Assembly: GCA_963674825.1 (NCBI GenBank)
Contig: OY771587.1
Location: forward strand, 3,136,001-3,200,000
Direction of reading: 5' to 3'
DNA length: 64,000 nucleotides
From: Candidatus Cloacimonadales bacterium
Lineage (GTDB): Bacteria; Cloacimonadota; Cloacimonadia; Cloacimonadales; JAIOQZ01
Positions 27,197-36,247 of this stretch are shown here, piece by piece (position 1 is the first letter of the stretch; the number at the start of each line of letters is the position of its first letter). The notes beneath the pieces were generated by a model. The model searched no databases and was not told the origin of the DNA. It was given only the letters and a program-made list of their open reading frames with translations. Both the position numbers and the translations under genes were made by a program.

Positions 27197-30026
27197 GCTT
27201 TTTCCTAAACCAGCCGGAGACCATGTCAATCATCTCGACCGGATTGGTTGCGTTACGGATTCGCGTTGGTGTGATCTGTGTGAAAAACTTGCCGTAGTAC
27301 TTGGTTTCCAGGCGTTTATCGAGGATCATGACCACGCCGCGATCGGTCTTGTGACGGATCAGCCTGCCGAAGCCCTGCCGGTATTTCAGCAGTGCATTTG
27401 GTAGCATGTAGTGCATGAACGAATCCTTGCCCTGATCCTTGAGTCTCTCCAGATAGGCTTCCACGATCGGATCGGTGGGTACCTGGAATGGCAGCTTGTA
27501 TAAGATCAATAAAGATAACGATTTACCTTGTACGTCGATCCCTTCCCAGAATGACGATGTACCCAGGAGAACCGCGTTTCCGTGGTCGCGGAACTGGTCC
27601 AGCATCGCACTGCGGCTGAGTCCCTTGCCCTGTGCAAGAAGCGGAACATTGCTCTGATACATGGTTTCGCTGAGGTTCTCGTACATGCTGTTGAGGTCTT
27701 TGTAGGAGGTGAATAGCACCATGGAGCCGACTTTCGAAGCAAGGATTGTCTCCCGCAGAAGGGTGATTGCCTGATTGCTGAAGAATCGATCGGTGTGCTC
27801 CGGCAGGAAACCCGCGATGCAGACTTCTGTCTGTTGCTCGTAATCGAATGGTGAGGGAACCACCAGTTCACGTACCTCGCGCTCTTCGATCATCGAAACG
27901 CCCACGCGCGTGGAAAAATACTTGAAAGCCCCGCGTAACGCAAGTGTGGCAGATGTGAAGACGATGGTCGGGATCCTGGTGTAAAGCAGGTCGTTGAGCT
28001 TCTCATCGACATTCAACGGTGCGAAATTTATAATGCCGTTGGGAACCTCAGGGTCTTTGGAGTAAAATGACGACATCCAGAAAACAGTGTTGGCGAAATC
28101 GGGCCTCAGAAGTTGCTCGAAGATCGTGAGGAACTCCTTGCATCGATCGATTGCACCGTCGAGGTGCGTCATGTGCGTATCGTAATCGACGAAACTTTCG
28201 TGCGGGATATCGACCATCGCGTTGCGCAGCGTGGTCAGTTCGCCCTTCATCTCGTCGAAATACTTCATCAGCTTGACGGTTTCGCTCTCCAGGAATGGAT
28301 ATTCGCTGTTGTCATGCACGCGCAGCTTGCCATACGCGCCCTTGCTATCGACAATTTTACCTGCTTCCAGGAAGAGTGCAGGCATATCATCGTTTTCGAC
28401 AGCCTTTTGGATTTCCTCGATCTTGTTGTGGATGAATTCCTTTGTCGTTTTATCGATATTGCTTTTCGTGACGGCTGCTTTTAGCTGGGGTAGAATCCCG
28501 CTTTGGAACTTACCGCGTTGCGAGAATATTTGCCGAATGAAATAGACCATATCCATATGCCCGATAGATACGCCCAGATGACTGGAGGCGATATCGGGGA
28601 GGTTGTGGGCTTCATCGATGACCAGCTTGTCGTATTCGCCGAGCGTGGCGTTGTTTGAGAGCAGATCCGAAAGCATCAGCGAGTGATTGACGATCACGAT
28701 ATTGGCGTTTTCTTGTGCTTTGCGAACGCGCATCAGGTAGCAGCTCTTGTAAGAACCGCATTTCCGTCCGATACAGAAGTGTCGTTCGGTGCAGGTCTTT
28801 CTCCAGAGCGATTTGAATCTCGTTCTCGAAAAAGAGCTGTTTTCTGACACATCTCCGGTTTTGGTGTAGTACATCCACATTTCCAATAACAGGAGGCCGT
28901 CGGCTTCGTAAGGAGAGAGGTTGCCCTGGATATCGAAATGGAGGTCGTCCCATTTACGCTGGCACACATAGTTGTCGCGTCCCTTGAGAATCACTGCTGT
29001 GAAGGGGATATCGACGCTCTTCATCACCTGCGGAAGATCCTTACTGAAGAGCTGCTCCTGCAAGTTTTTGGTGTTGGTGGTTACGACGACTTTACTTCGC
29101 TCTCGATGTGTATGGCGAATCGATGGGATCAGGTAGGCAAGCGATTTTCCGACGCCGGTTCCAGCCTCAACCAAGAGGTAGTTTTTCTTGCGGTAGGCAT
29201 GCTCCACAGCGTGGGCCATCTCGATCTGACCTTCGCGTAGCTCGTAGCCGGAGAATGTTTTCGAGAAGCGTCCGCCATTGTCGAAGATCTCTTCGATGGT
29301 ATCGATGGAGGTCTCGTCTGGCTTGTGCTCGAGGATGTTATCCGGCAATGTGAAGAGTCGTGGTTTGGGTTTGTTTTTACTGAGAAGAGCGTATTTGCGT
29401 TGGTGATCGACCACCTTCTCCAGAAATCCGGCGGATTCACGTCCCGCTACGTCCATCAGTTGCGAGATGGTATGGTTAAGCTTGAGCGGCACCTCGTCGA
29501 TGATGAAATTGACCAGCTTCGAGAAAAGAAGCGCTGTTGACCGTGCGTCGTGAATGGCGCGGTGCGCCGATTCGTTTTCGATCCCGAAGTATTCCAGAAC
29601 GGTTCCAAGCTTGTGGTCGCGGATAAACGGCAGGTAGATACGCGCCAGCTCCAGCGTGTCCCACTGCGGATTGTGCAGTTTGAATTGCCCGATCTTTTCC
29701 AGATGCGTGTTGATGAATCCGATATCGAAGGGTGTATTGTGGCAAACGATTGGAGCATCACCAAGAAAAGCCTGAAGTCGCTTGAGCGCAACATTTGACG
29801 AGAGCCCGGAAGCAAGCTGAGCATCCGTGATGTTGGTTAGCATTTTGATGAACGTCGGTACCGGTTTTGTTGGCTTGACGAACTCGGAAAACTCCTCGGT
29901 CACCTCGCCGTTGACGGTGCGGATCGCCGCAATCTCGATGATCTCCTCGTTATACGGATCGAGCCCCGTGGTTTCGATATCGAGCGTTATAAAGTGTGAT
30001 GCAGGCTCAAAGTTTATCGAGACCAT
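27189..30026 (-). CDS. dinG: DinG-family helicase fused to an N-terminal DnaQ-like 3'-5' exonuclease
   Basis: LDIETTG and HRAIHDA (DEDDh); EAGTGVGKS, KGRDNYVC with Fe-S cysteines, IDEAH, SATL, FWEGID, QGFGRLIR. Confidence 0.92.
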   Translation of the reverse strand: MVSINFEPASHFITLDIETTGLDPYNEEIIEIAAIRTVNGEVTEEFSEFVKPTKPVPTFIKMLTNITDAQLASGLSSNVALKRLQAFLGDAPIVCHNTPFDIGFINTHLEKIGQFKLHNPQWDTLELARIYLPFIRDHKLGTVLEYFGIENESAHRAIHDARSTALLFSKLVNFIIDEVPLKLNHTISQLMDVAGRESAGFLEKVVDHQRKYALLSKNKPKPRLFTLPDNILEHKPDETSIDTIEEIFDNGGRFSKTFSGYELREGQIEMAHAVEHAYRKKNYLLVEAGTGVGKSLAYLIPSIRHTHRERSKVVVTTNTKNLQEQLFSKDLPQVMKSVDIPFTAVILKGRDNYVCQRKWDDLHFDIQGNLSPYEADGLLLLEMWMYYTKTGDVSENSSFSRTRFKSLWRKTCTERHFCIGRKCGSYKSCYLMRVRKAQENANIVIVNHSLMLSDLLSNNATLGEYDKLVIDEAHNLPDIASSHLGVSIGHMDMVYFIRQIFSQRGKFQSGILPQLKAAVTKSNIDKTTKEFIHNKIEEIQKAVENDDMPALFLEAGKIVDSKGAYGKLRVHDNSEYPFLESETVKLMKYFDEMKGELTTLRNAMVDIPHESFVDYDTHMTHLDGAIDRCKEFLTIFEQLLRPDFANTVFWMSSFYSKDPEVPNGIINFAPLNVDEKLNDLLYTRIPTIVFTSATLALRGAFKYFSTRVGVSMIEEREVRELVVPSPFDYEQQTEVCIAGFLPEHTDRFFSNQAITLLRETILASKVGSMVLFTSYKDLNSMYENLSETMYQSNVPLLAQGKGLSRSAMLDQFRDHGNAVLLGTSSFWEGIDVQGKSLSLLILYKLPFQVPTDPIVEAYLERLKDQGKDSFMHYMLPNALLKYRQGFGRLIRHKTDRGVVMILDKRLETKYYGKFFTQITPTRIRNATNPVEMIDMVSGWFRKKHD

Positions 30027-33000
30027 ACCGCTTCATTTTCTTGATGAGACCCTGCCGACTGAGGCCGAGGTCCTTGGATGCTTGCGTCTGGTTGTTCGCA
30101 CGTGTCTCCAGCGCGTTGACGATCATCTTTCGTTCGAGGTCTTCCACGGCATCCTTGAGCGTTGTCTTGCCCAGAAGATCGACCGTTTCAGCGTTCTCCG
30201 CGTACTTGAATACTTCTTCGGAGAGATCGGACGGCTTGATGAATGCTTCGTTTTCTGCCAGAGTCACTGCACGCTCGATTTCGTTTTCGAGCTGACGGAT
30301 ATTGCCTGGCCAGTCACAATTTTGCAGATATTTCATGGCTTCGTCGGTGATACCGAGTACATTCTTGCTCATTTTCTTGTTGTATTTATCGAGGAAGTGA
30401 ATTCCCAGCAGCGGGATATCCGATTTACGTTCCTTGAGTGACGGCACCTTGATCTTGATCACGTTCAGGCGATAGTAAAGGTCGAGACGGAATTCACCCG
30501 ACTTGACTTTGTCGCTCAGCGAGACGTTCGTAGCACAGATAACGCGTACATCAACTTTCTGCGTTTTGGTAGAACCAACCCGTTTGATCTCGCCTTCTTG
30601 CAGGAAGCGGAGCAGTTTGGCCTGTGTGGAAAGGCTGATATCGGCGATTTCATCCAGGAAGAAAGTACCGCCGTCAGCGATCTCGAAGAGACCTTTTTTA
30701 TCGTATGCTGCGCCGGTGAAAGCGCCTTTAACGTGACCGAACAGTTCCGACTCGAGCAGTGTTTCCGGTAACGCACCGCAGTACTGGGCCACGAATTTCT
30801 TGTTACGCCTGTTGCTGGTGTAATGAATCGCGCGTGCAATCAATTCCTTACCGGTTCCACTGGGGCCTTCCAGCAGTACCGTCGTAGGTGTGTTCTTGAT
30901 TTTATCGATGACCTGGAATATCTCCTGCATCTTCTCGCTTTTACCGATGATGTTGGTAAACCAGTTCGCAGCATTAAGCTCTTCGCGGATGATTGCATGA
31001 GACTTGGCCAGATTGCTGTGTCGTATATTTTCGATGATAACCACGATCTGGTTGCAGAGTGCGCTCATCAGATTATAAATCTTTTCTGTGAAATAGTGGC
31101 TGCCGTGCTTGCTGAAGAGCAGCACCACGCCGAGGATATTGTTGCGGATGACCAATGGGAACGAGATGATGTTATTGAACTGAGGAGCCTCGTGTGGCTG
31201 CTTCATGTTCTTGCCCTGAGATGACGTGAAAGTCTCCTGGATGTAATGCATCAGGATGTCGTATTCTTCGTTCTCGTTCGAGAAATTCTTGAAGATCGTG
31301 TATTCCCAAGAATCCGGGACGGAGCTGCTGTTGTATAGGCATAGGATACCGCCGTCGGCTTCGGAAAGACTGACCAGATTATCCAGTGCGGAATCGATCA
31401 ATACTTCGAAATCGGATACTTCGTTCAGCTTCTGAGTGATCTCATAGAAACGATTGAGCAGTGATTCCTGGCTGCGGCTCTCTTTGAGCTCGATCGCGTG
31501 CTCCTTCGTGATTTTCTGGATAAGGATGTCGTTCTTCTCCAGGAACTTGATCGCATCGAAATCCTTGATGATCTTCTTGTTGTTTTGAAGGATCTGGAGT
31601 GCTTGTTCCCACTCCTGCTTTTCGAAGAGAATACAGGCGTATTCATAGTTAGCTTGCGCGAGTTCGAAGTTATTCTTTGTCTCGACGAAAATCTCGATCG
31701 CCTGTTTGAGGTAATCCTGCGCGACGTCGATGTTTTTACGTTCAAGCAGTGCCATAAGGTAGTAAGAGTTACCTATATCGACCCGGCTGTTGATTGCTTC
31801 GGCCATCTTAATCGAATGCTCGAGATAGTACACGGCGCTTTCGTAGTTGCGTGTCTGAATGAAATAGTATGCCTGTTTCTGGCAGGCTTCGATCATCAGC
31901 TTATCTTTGCTGTTGATGCTTTTGAAGAAGTCGTAACTCTCCACCAGATAAGCATATGCCTTGCCATATTTGTGAAGGTGAGTGAGGATACTGCCTAAGT
32001 TTCCATAAAGCTCGGCTTTAAGGATTTCGTCTTGCAATTCCGGTACGATTTCCAGGCCCTTGAAGTAGAGGTCGTAGGCCATTGTATATTCACCGCGTTT
32101 CTCGTACACGGTACCGATATTGTTGTAGGACCGGCAGAGGCCGTCCAGGAAGCTGTTCTCCTTGGACCGTTCGATCGCGTTTTCAAAGTACTCGATCGCG
32201 TGTGCCCAGTTGCCAGACTTGAAATAGAGCGCGCCAAGATTGTTCAGTGCACTGATGATGTTGCGCGTGAGATTGAATGTCAGCGCGGTTTCCAGGGATT
32301 TGTTGAAGGCTTCGTCTGCCAGGTCGTACTCCGCGTTGTCCATATAGGTGACACCGATATTATTGTAGATATTCGTGATATTGTAACGGTCGCTGAGCAT
32401 TTTCTGGATATGCAGCGCTTTATACAGGTAATCGAGCGATTGCCTGTCGTCGCCTTTTTCTTCGAGTAGAGCTCCGAGGTTATTGTAGCATACGGAGATG
32501 CCATTCAAGTTGAAGCGTTGCTGTTCCTGATGCAAGCTCTTCTCGTAAAATTCGAGGGTTTTGTCCCATTCGCCCTGAAGCATGGCGATTACGCCAATAT
32601 TGTTGCTGATCGCAGCCAGGCCTTCGAGATTCCCCGTCTTGGCGTAAAGCCGTTCCGCTTCACGAAAGACCATCTCGGCTTTTTCCCACTGATTGGTGCT
32701 GTAATACACTTTCGCACGAAATTTTCTCACATCACCGAGGATATTGGTTCTCGTCGTGTCGTCCTTGATATTGGCGGCGATTTCTTGTGCGTCATCAAGC
32801 TGTTGGATCGATTCATCCGTCTTTTCCATATCGATCAGGATGTCTGCGTGCAGGAGAATCATCTTGCTCTTCCAGTAAGGATCAATTGCATTTCCCTGGT
32901 ACTTGCGGATGACTTCCAGCGCGAACGCGGATGAATTGATGGAGAAAAGGCTGTCTGCCAGGCGGAAGACAATCTCTTCTGCCGGAAGCTGATGTGTAGT

Positions 33001-34272
33001 ACAGAGTTTGAGTGCTTGACGGAAATTCTCAGCCGATGCTTCGATGCGGTTCAGGCTGCGATTAACAATACCAAGGTTCTTGTATGTCTCGACGAGCTTG
33101 GCCGGCTGAGTCTGGTTGGGTAACATAGCGTTGTAAATTTCTCGCAGGCTTTCCAGGTCGAGAATCTTACGCAATGCAATGATAATCGGTTCCCATAGTT
33201 TGGAGTTATACTCGCCCACCATATATTGATAAAATGCTTTACTGTGCGCAGAGAGTTCGAGCGCGTCAGCGTTTTTCAGAATATTCCGTATCGCCTTCTT
33301 CTGAGTGTCCTGGGTCAGGCTCTTGAAGAAGGTTTTGAAGAAAACGGCCTTCCGAATTGTGAAGCGATTTTCAATAACGCGCACAATATCGTTTGTGACC
33401 AGTTTGTCCAGATCTGCTTGAGTATATTTGCAGAGCAATTGAAGCTTCTCATCGGTTGCGTCCTGATCAAGCAGGAAAATACTTACGGCGAGGTCGAGTT
33501 GCTTGGCATTGAGCGACTCGGTGAGTACACTGTGGATGGTCTGCGCGGTAAGCTTCTCGTCAAGGTATTGGGAAAGGTCGAAGTGTTGCGGCTTTCCATC
33601 GACGAAGAACCGGTTCAGAAAGTGCTCAAGCACGAAGATATTGCCTTCTGTGAGGTTATGAAGAATCTCGGCGTCTGAATCCAGCTTTTTCTCCTCATCG
33701 GGGAATAGAGTATCGAGGACTTGCAAAATCTGGTCGTCAGAGAGGAATTCAAGGTGTATCTTGTGTGAGAAGGGGAACGTATCATGGTTCGTGAACGTGA
33801 TAAAGTTAATTCTCTTATCGTGTGCGTATTGAACAAGATACTGGATAAAATCGAGGGTGTACTGGTCCAATAAATTACAGTCGTCCACCAAAACGAGCTG
33901 AGAATTGAGTTTCTTTTCCTGATTCAGCGTTTCTGTGAGATAATAGTAGAAGTCGTATTTGCTGTTCAGGTTGAATTGCTGAGCGTGGTCCACGAGTTTG
34001 AAATACTCATCCTGTGTAATGCTGCTAAGCAAGTGGATTAGTTTACCAAACTGGTTGAAACGGAACATCTCGGCAGAAAAGCTCTTGAATTGGGTTTGCT
34101 GTTCTTCGAGAATTTGCTTCAAGCGTTCATAAAAGTAAGTTTTCCCGGAACCGGAGGGTCCTACGATCTCAATTAGCTGGCTGTCGTTGTGTTTTAAAAT
34201 TCCAGTAATTTCTTTAATCGTTTCCGGTTTTGTGACGTATTGTAGCAACGCACGGTTCACTTTTTTATCCAT
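30007..34272 (-). CDS. Large sigma-54 enhancer-binding protein: P-loop/STAND-like domain + TPR array + GAF + AAA+ + Fis-type HTH
   Basis: GPSGSGKT and VLVDD near the N-terminus; many TPRs; GAF-like region; GPSGTGKE, ESELFGH, GAFTGA, FLDEI, FRLDLYYRL, WPGNIRQLEN; NQTQASKDLGLSRQGL. Confidence 0.92.
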   Translation of the reverse strand: MDKKVNRALLQYVTKPETIKEITGILKHNDSQLIEIVGPSGSGKTYFYERLKQILEEQQTQFKSFSAEMFRFNQFGKLIHLLSSITQDEYFKLVDHAQQFNLNSKYDFYYYLTETLNQEKKLNSQLVLVDDCNLLDQYTLDFIQYLVQYAHDKRINFITFTNHDTFPFSHKIHLEFLSDDQILQVLDTLFPDEEKKLDSDAEILHNLTEGNIFVLEHFLNRFFVDGKPQHFDLSQYLDEKLTAQTIHSVLTESLNAKQLDLAVSIFLLDQDATDEKLQLLCKYTQADLDKLVTNDIVRVIENRFTIRKAVFFKTFFKSLTQDTQKKAIRNILKNADALELSAHSKAFYQYMVGEYNSKLWEPIIIALRKILDLESLREIYNAMLPNQTQPAKLVETYKNLGIVNRSLNRIEASAENFRQALKLCTTHQLPAEEIVFRLADSLFSINSSAFALEVIRKYQGNAIDPYWKSKMILLHADILIDMEKTDESIQQLDDAQEIAANIKDDTTRTNILGDVRKFRAKVYYSTNQWEKAEMVFREAERLYAKTGNLEGLAAISNNIGVIAMLQGEWDKTLEFYEKSLHQEQQRFNLNGISVCYNNLGALLEEKGDDRQSLDYLYKALHIQKMLSDRYNITNIYNNIGVTYMDNAEYDLADEAFNKSLETALTFNLTRNIISALNNLGALYFKSGNWAHAIEYFENAIERSKENSFLDGLCRSYNNIGTVYEKRGEYTMAYDLYFKGLEIVPELQDEILKAELYGNLGSILTHLHKYGKAYAYLVESYDFFKSINSKDKLMIEACQKQAYYFIQTRNYESAVYYLEHSIKMAEAINSRVDIGNSYYLMALLERKNIDVAQDYLKQAIEIFVETKNNFELAQANYEYACILFEKQEWEQALQILQNNKKIIKDFDAIKFLEKNDILIQKITKEHAIELKESRSQESLLNRFYEITQKLNEVSDFEVLIDSALDNLVSLSEADGGILCLYNSSSVPDSWEYTIFKNFSNENEEYDILMHYIQETFTSSQGKNMKQPHEAPQFNNIISFPLVIRNNILGVVLLFSKHGSHYFTEKIYNLMSALCNQIVVIIENIRHSNLAKSHAIIREELNAANWFTNIIGKSEKMQEIFQVIDKIKNTPTTVLLEGPSGTGKELIARAIHYTSNRRNKKFVAQYCGALPETLLESELFGHVKGAFTGAAYDKKGLFEIADGGTFFLDEIADISLSTQAKLLRFLQEGEIKRVGSTKTQKVDVRVICATNVSLSDKVKSGEFRLDLYYRLNVIKIKVPSLKERKSDIPLLGIHFLDKYNKKMSKNVLGITDEAMKYLQNCDWPGNIRQLENEIERAVTLAENEAFIKPSDLSEEVFKYAENAETVDLLGKTTLKDAVEDLERKMIVNALETRANNQTQASKDLGLSRQGLIKKMKRYGLDKL

Positions 34273-34500
34273 TGTTTCCCCTCAGAATACAGACATTTTG
34301 TTAACCCTTAGGCAGATAACGCACCGCTCGTCAACACCGATTACATGTGCCAACAATGTTTTCATATAATGTAATGCCGCTCAGAATTTGTCAACAATGT
34401 TTTTTTCGTAAAGAATGATTACAGGTGAAACAATCCCTTTAGAAGCGAGTTGGCAGAAGAAATAAAAAATGCGTCATCACTCACTTTAGGCGGGGCTATG

Positions 34501-35493
34501 CTATAGCTTCCACACTTTATCTTCAAGCACTTCCTTGAATGTTGAATGCAGGGTTGAAGGGGGAATTGTGTTCATGCATTTAAAATGCAATTTTGGGCAC
34601 TCTTTTGAGCCGTGTAGTGAACATGGGCGACAGGCAAGTTCTTTTTCGATTACGATTGCGTTTGGATTCAAAGGTTTGAAGCCAAGGTTTGTGTGCGTAG
34701 CGCCAAAGATGGAAATTTGCGGTTTTTCAAGTGCTGCTGCTATGTGCATCGGGCCGGAATCTCCGGAAATGAGGCATCCAAAACGATTGATCAGATTCAC
34801 GAGTTGATCTGGCATCGTTCTGCCACAGAGATCAAAGGTGTTGTGTGGGCATTTCTGATGGATTTCCGCGCATATTTCCCGATCACTATTGGCTCCGATG
34901 AGGATGAACTGGCAGTTCCAGGTATCGGGGATCGAATCGATAAACCGAATCCAATAGGGTCGGGGATAACGCTTGGTGAAATGCTGTGCTCCAGGGGCGA
35001 TTCCGATGAGGGTTTTAGCCGGTGTTACATTATGCTCGATGAAAAGCTCGTCGATGAACGGCTCGTGCTCCGGCTTTGGCGTGAGAACTGGATTGCGAAG
35101 CGGGACATGGATATCGAGTTTGTCGAGCGCGCTGTAGTATAGCTCGAGGGTGGTACCGATGGTTTTGCGGGTAAGGTGTTTGACGATGAGCCAGCGAGTA
35201 AAACGCTGTTTGTTGTAGAATACCTTGCGCGCGGCGTTGAGTCGCATCAGTTTGTAGATGCTTCCGGGTTTGGCCTGGAGGTCGATCGCGATATCGTATC
35301 GAAGGCTACGGTCGAGCTCATCGGCTGGAATAATCTTATCCACTTCGCTGAAGCATTCCACGAGTGGTATGAACGCTTTCTTGCAGCAGAAGTGTATCTC
35401 CGCGTCGGGGTATTTCTCGCGCAGTACAGCGACGATTGGCTGGGTCAGAATGATGTCCCCCAGCGAACTCCAGCGGATTACAAGGATTCTCAT
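34501..35493 (-). CDS. Glycosyltransferase family 9 (LPS heptosyltransferase-like)
   Basis: IRWSSLGDIIL, IDLQ, APGA...KRYP, GDSGPMHIAAA, FGAT. Confidence 0.92.
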   Translation of the reverse strand: MRILVIRWSSLGDIILTQPIVAVLREKYPDAEIHFCCKKAFIPLVECFSEVDKIIPADELDRSLRYDIAIDLQAKPGSIYKLMRLNAARKVFYNKQRFTRWLIVKHLTRKTIGTTLELYYSALDKLDIHVPLRNPVLTPKPEHEPFIDELFIEHNVTPAKTLIGIAPGAQHFTKRYPRPYWIRFIDSIPDTWNCQFILIGANSDREICAEIHQKCPHNTFDLCGRTMPDQLVNLINRFGCLISGDSGPMHIAAALEKPQISIFGATHTNLGFKPLNPNAIVIEKELACRPCSLHGSKECPKLHFKCMNTIPPSTLHSTFKEVLEDKVWKL

Positions 35494-36245
35494 TTGAAGG
35501 CGACCACGAAAACGCGAGGCTGGTTTTCCGGTTCCTGAAGGGGTAGCTCAAGTTTATCAACCTGCGCGAACCAGTGCTTGGTATAGCCGGTTTCTTTGAG
35601 TAGCTTTGCTACTTCAGTGAGTTTGAAAGCGGTGTTAAAGATTGTCTCGTCAAATCTGTCCCAAGTTCCCTGATCGTTCTTCAGGAAGCCCGACATGCGT
35701 GTGTACGAACGATTACGCTCGTCATCGTAAAGACCTCGCATGATAATGGTTGCATCGTCCATTTCGCGTACACTGATATGCCCCCAGCTATTGCGCAAGC
35801 CCGATTCGGTATTGAGATCAAAGATGAAGCATCCTCCCGGTTCGAGCGCGTTCCACACACACTGTAGTGTGCTTCGCAAGCCAGCCAGATCCGGGATATG
35901 GTTGATCGCATCATAGGTGGAGACCGCGAACTGGACTTTATGCTTCAGCTTGAAATCACGGGCGTCTGATCGTTGGAAGGAAGCTTTCTTACTACGGATG
36001 AATTCGCTGTTGTTTTCCCGGGCGTAGCGCAGCATCTCTTCCGAGAGATCGACACCAGTAACCTGATAGCCTTTCTCCGCGAAGTAGCGGACCATTCGCC
36101 CTGTACCGCAACACAGATCAAGCATTCTTGCTGGTTGCGGATAACGCGGAGCGAAGAATGCCTCCAGCCTGGGTGCTACCGTGTCGGTAAACAGATTCCA
36201 ACGCTGGTTGTAGATCCGGGCGAAATTCTTACCATAGGCTTGCAT
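35490..36245 (-). CDS. Class I SAM-dependent methyltransferase
   Basis: LDLCCGTG, GVDLSEEML, YDAINH, LEPGGCFIFD. Confidence 0.92.
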   Translation of the reverse strand: MQAYGKNFARIYNQRWNLFTDTVAPRLEAFFAPRYPQPARMLDLCCGTGRMVRYFAEKGYQVTGVDLSEEMLRYARENNSEFIRSKKASFQRSDARDFKLKHKVQFAVSTYDAINHIPDLAGLRSTLQCVWNALEPGGCFIFDLNTESGLRNSWGHISVREMDDATIIMRGLYDDERNRSYTRMSGFLKNDQGTWDRFDETIFNTAFKLTEVAKLLKETGYTKHWFAQVDKLELPLQEPENQPRVFVVAFK

Positions 36246-36247
36246 GA

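Noticed and set aside
27189..30026. DinG as a type IV CRISPR or defence helicase
   Set aside because: It has the ordinary DnaQ-DinG housekeeping architecture and no cas genes or array nearby.
34310..34326. GG-N10-GC match upstream of the activator gene
   Set aside because: Only the dinucleotides match (GGTGCG...CTGCC); too weak to call a sigma-54 promoter.
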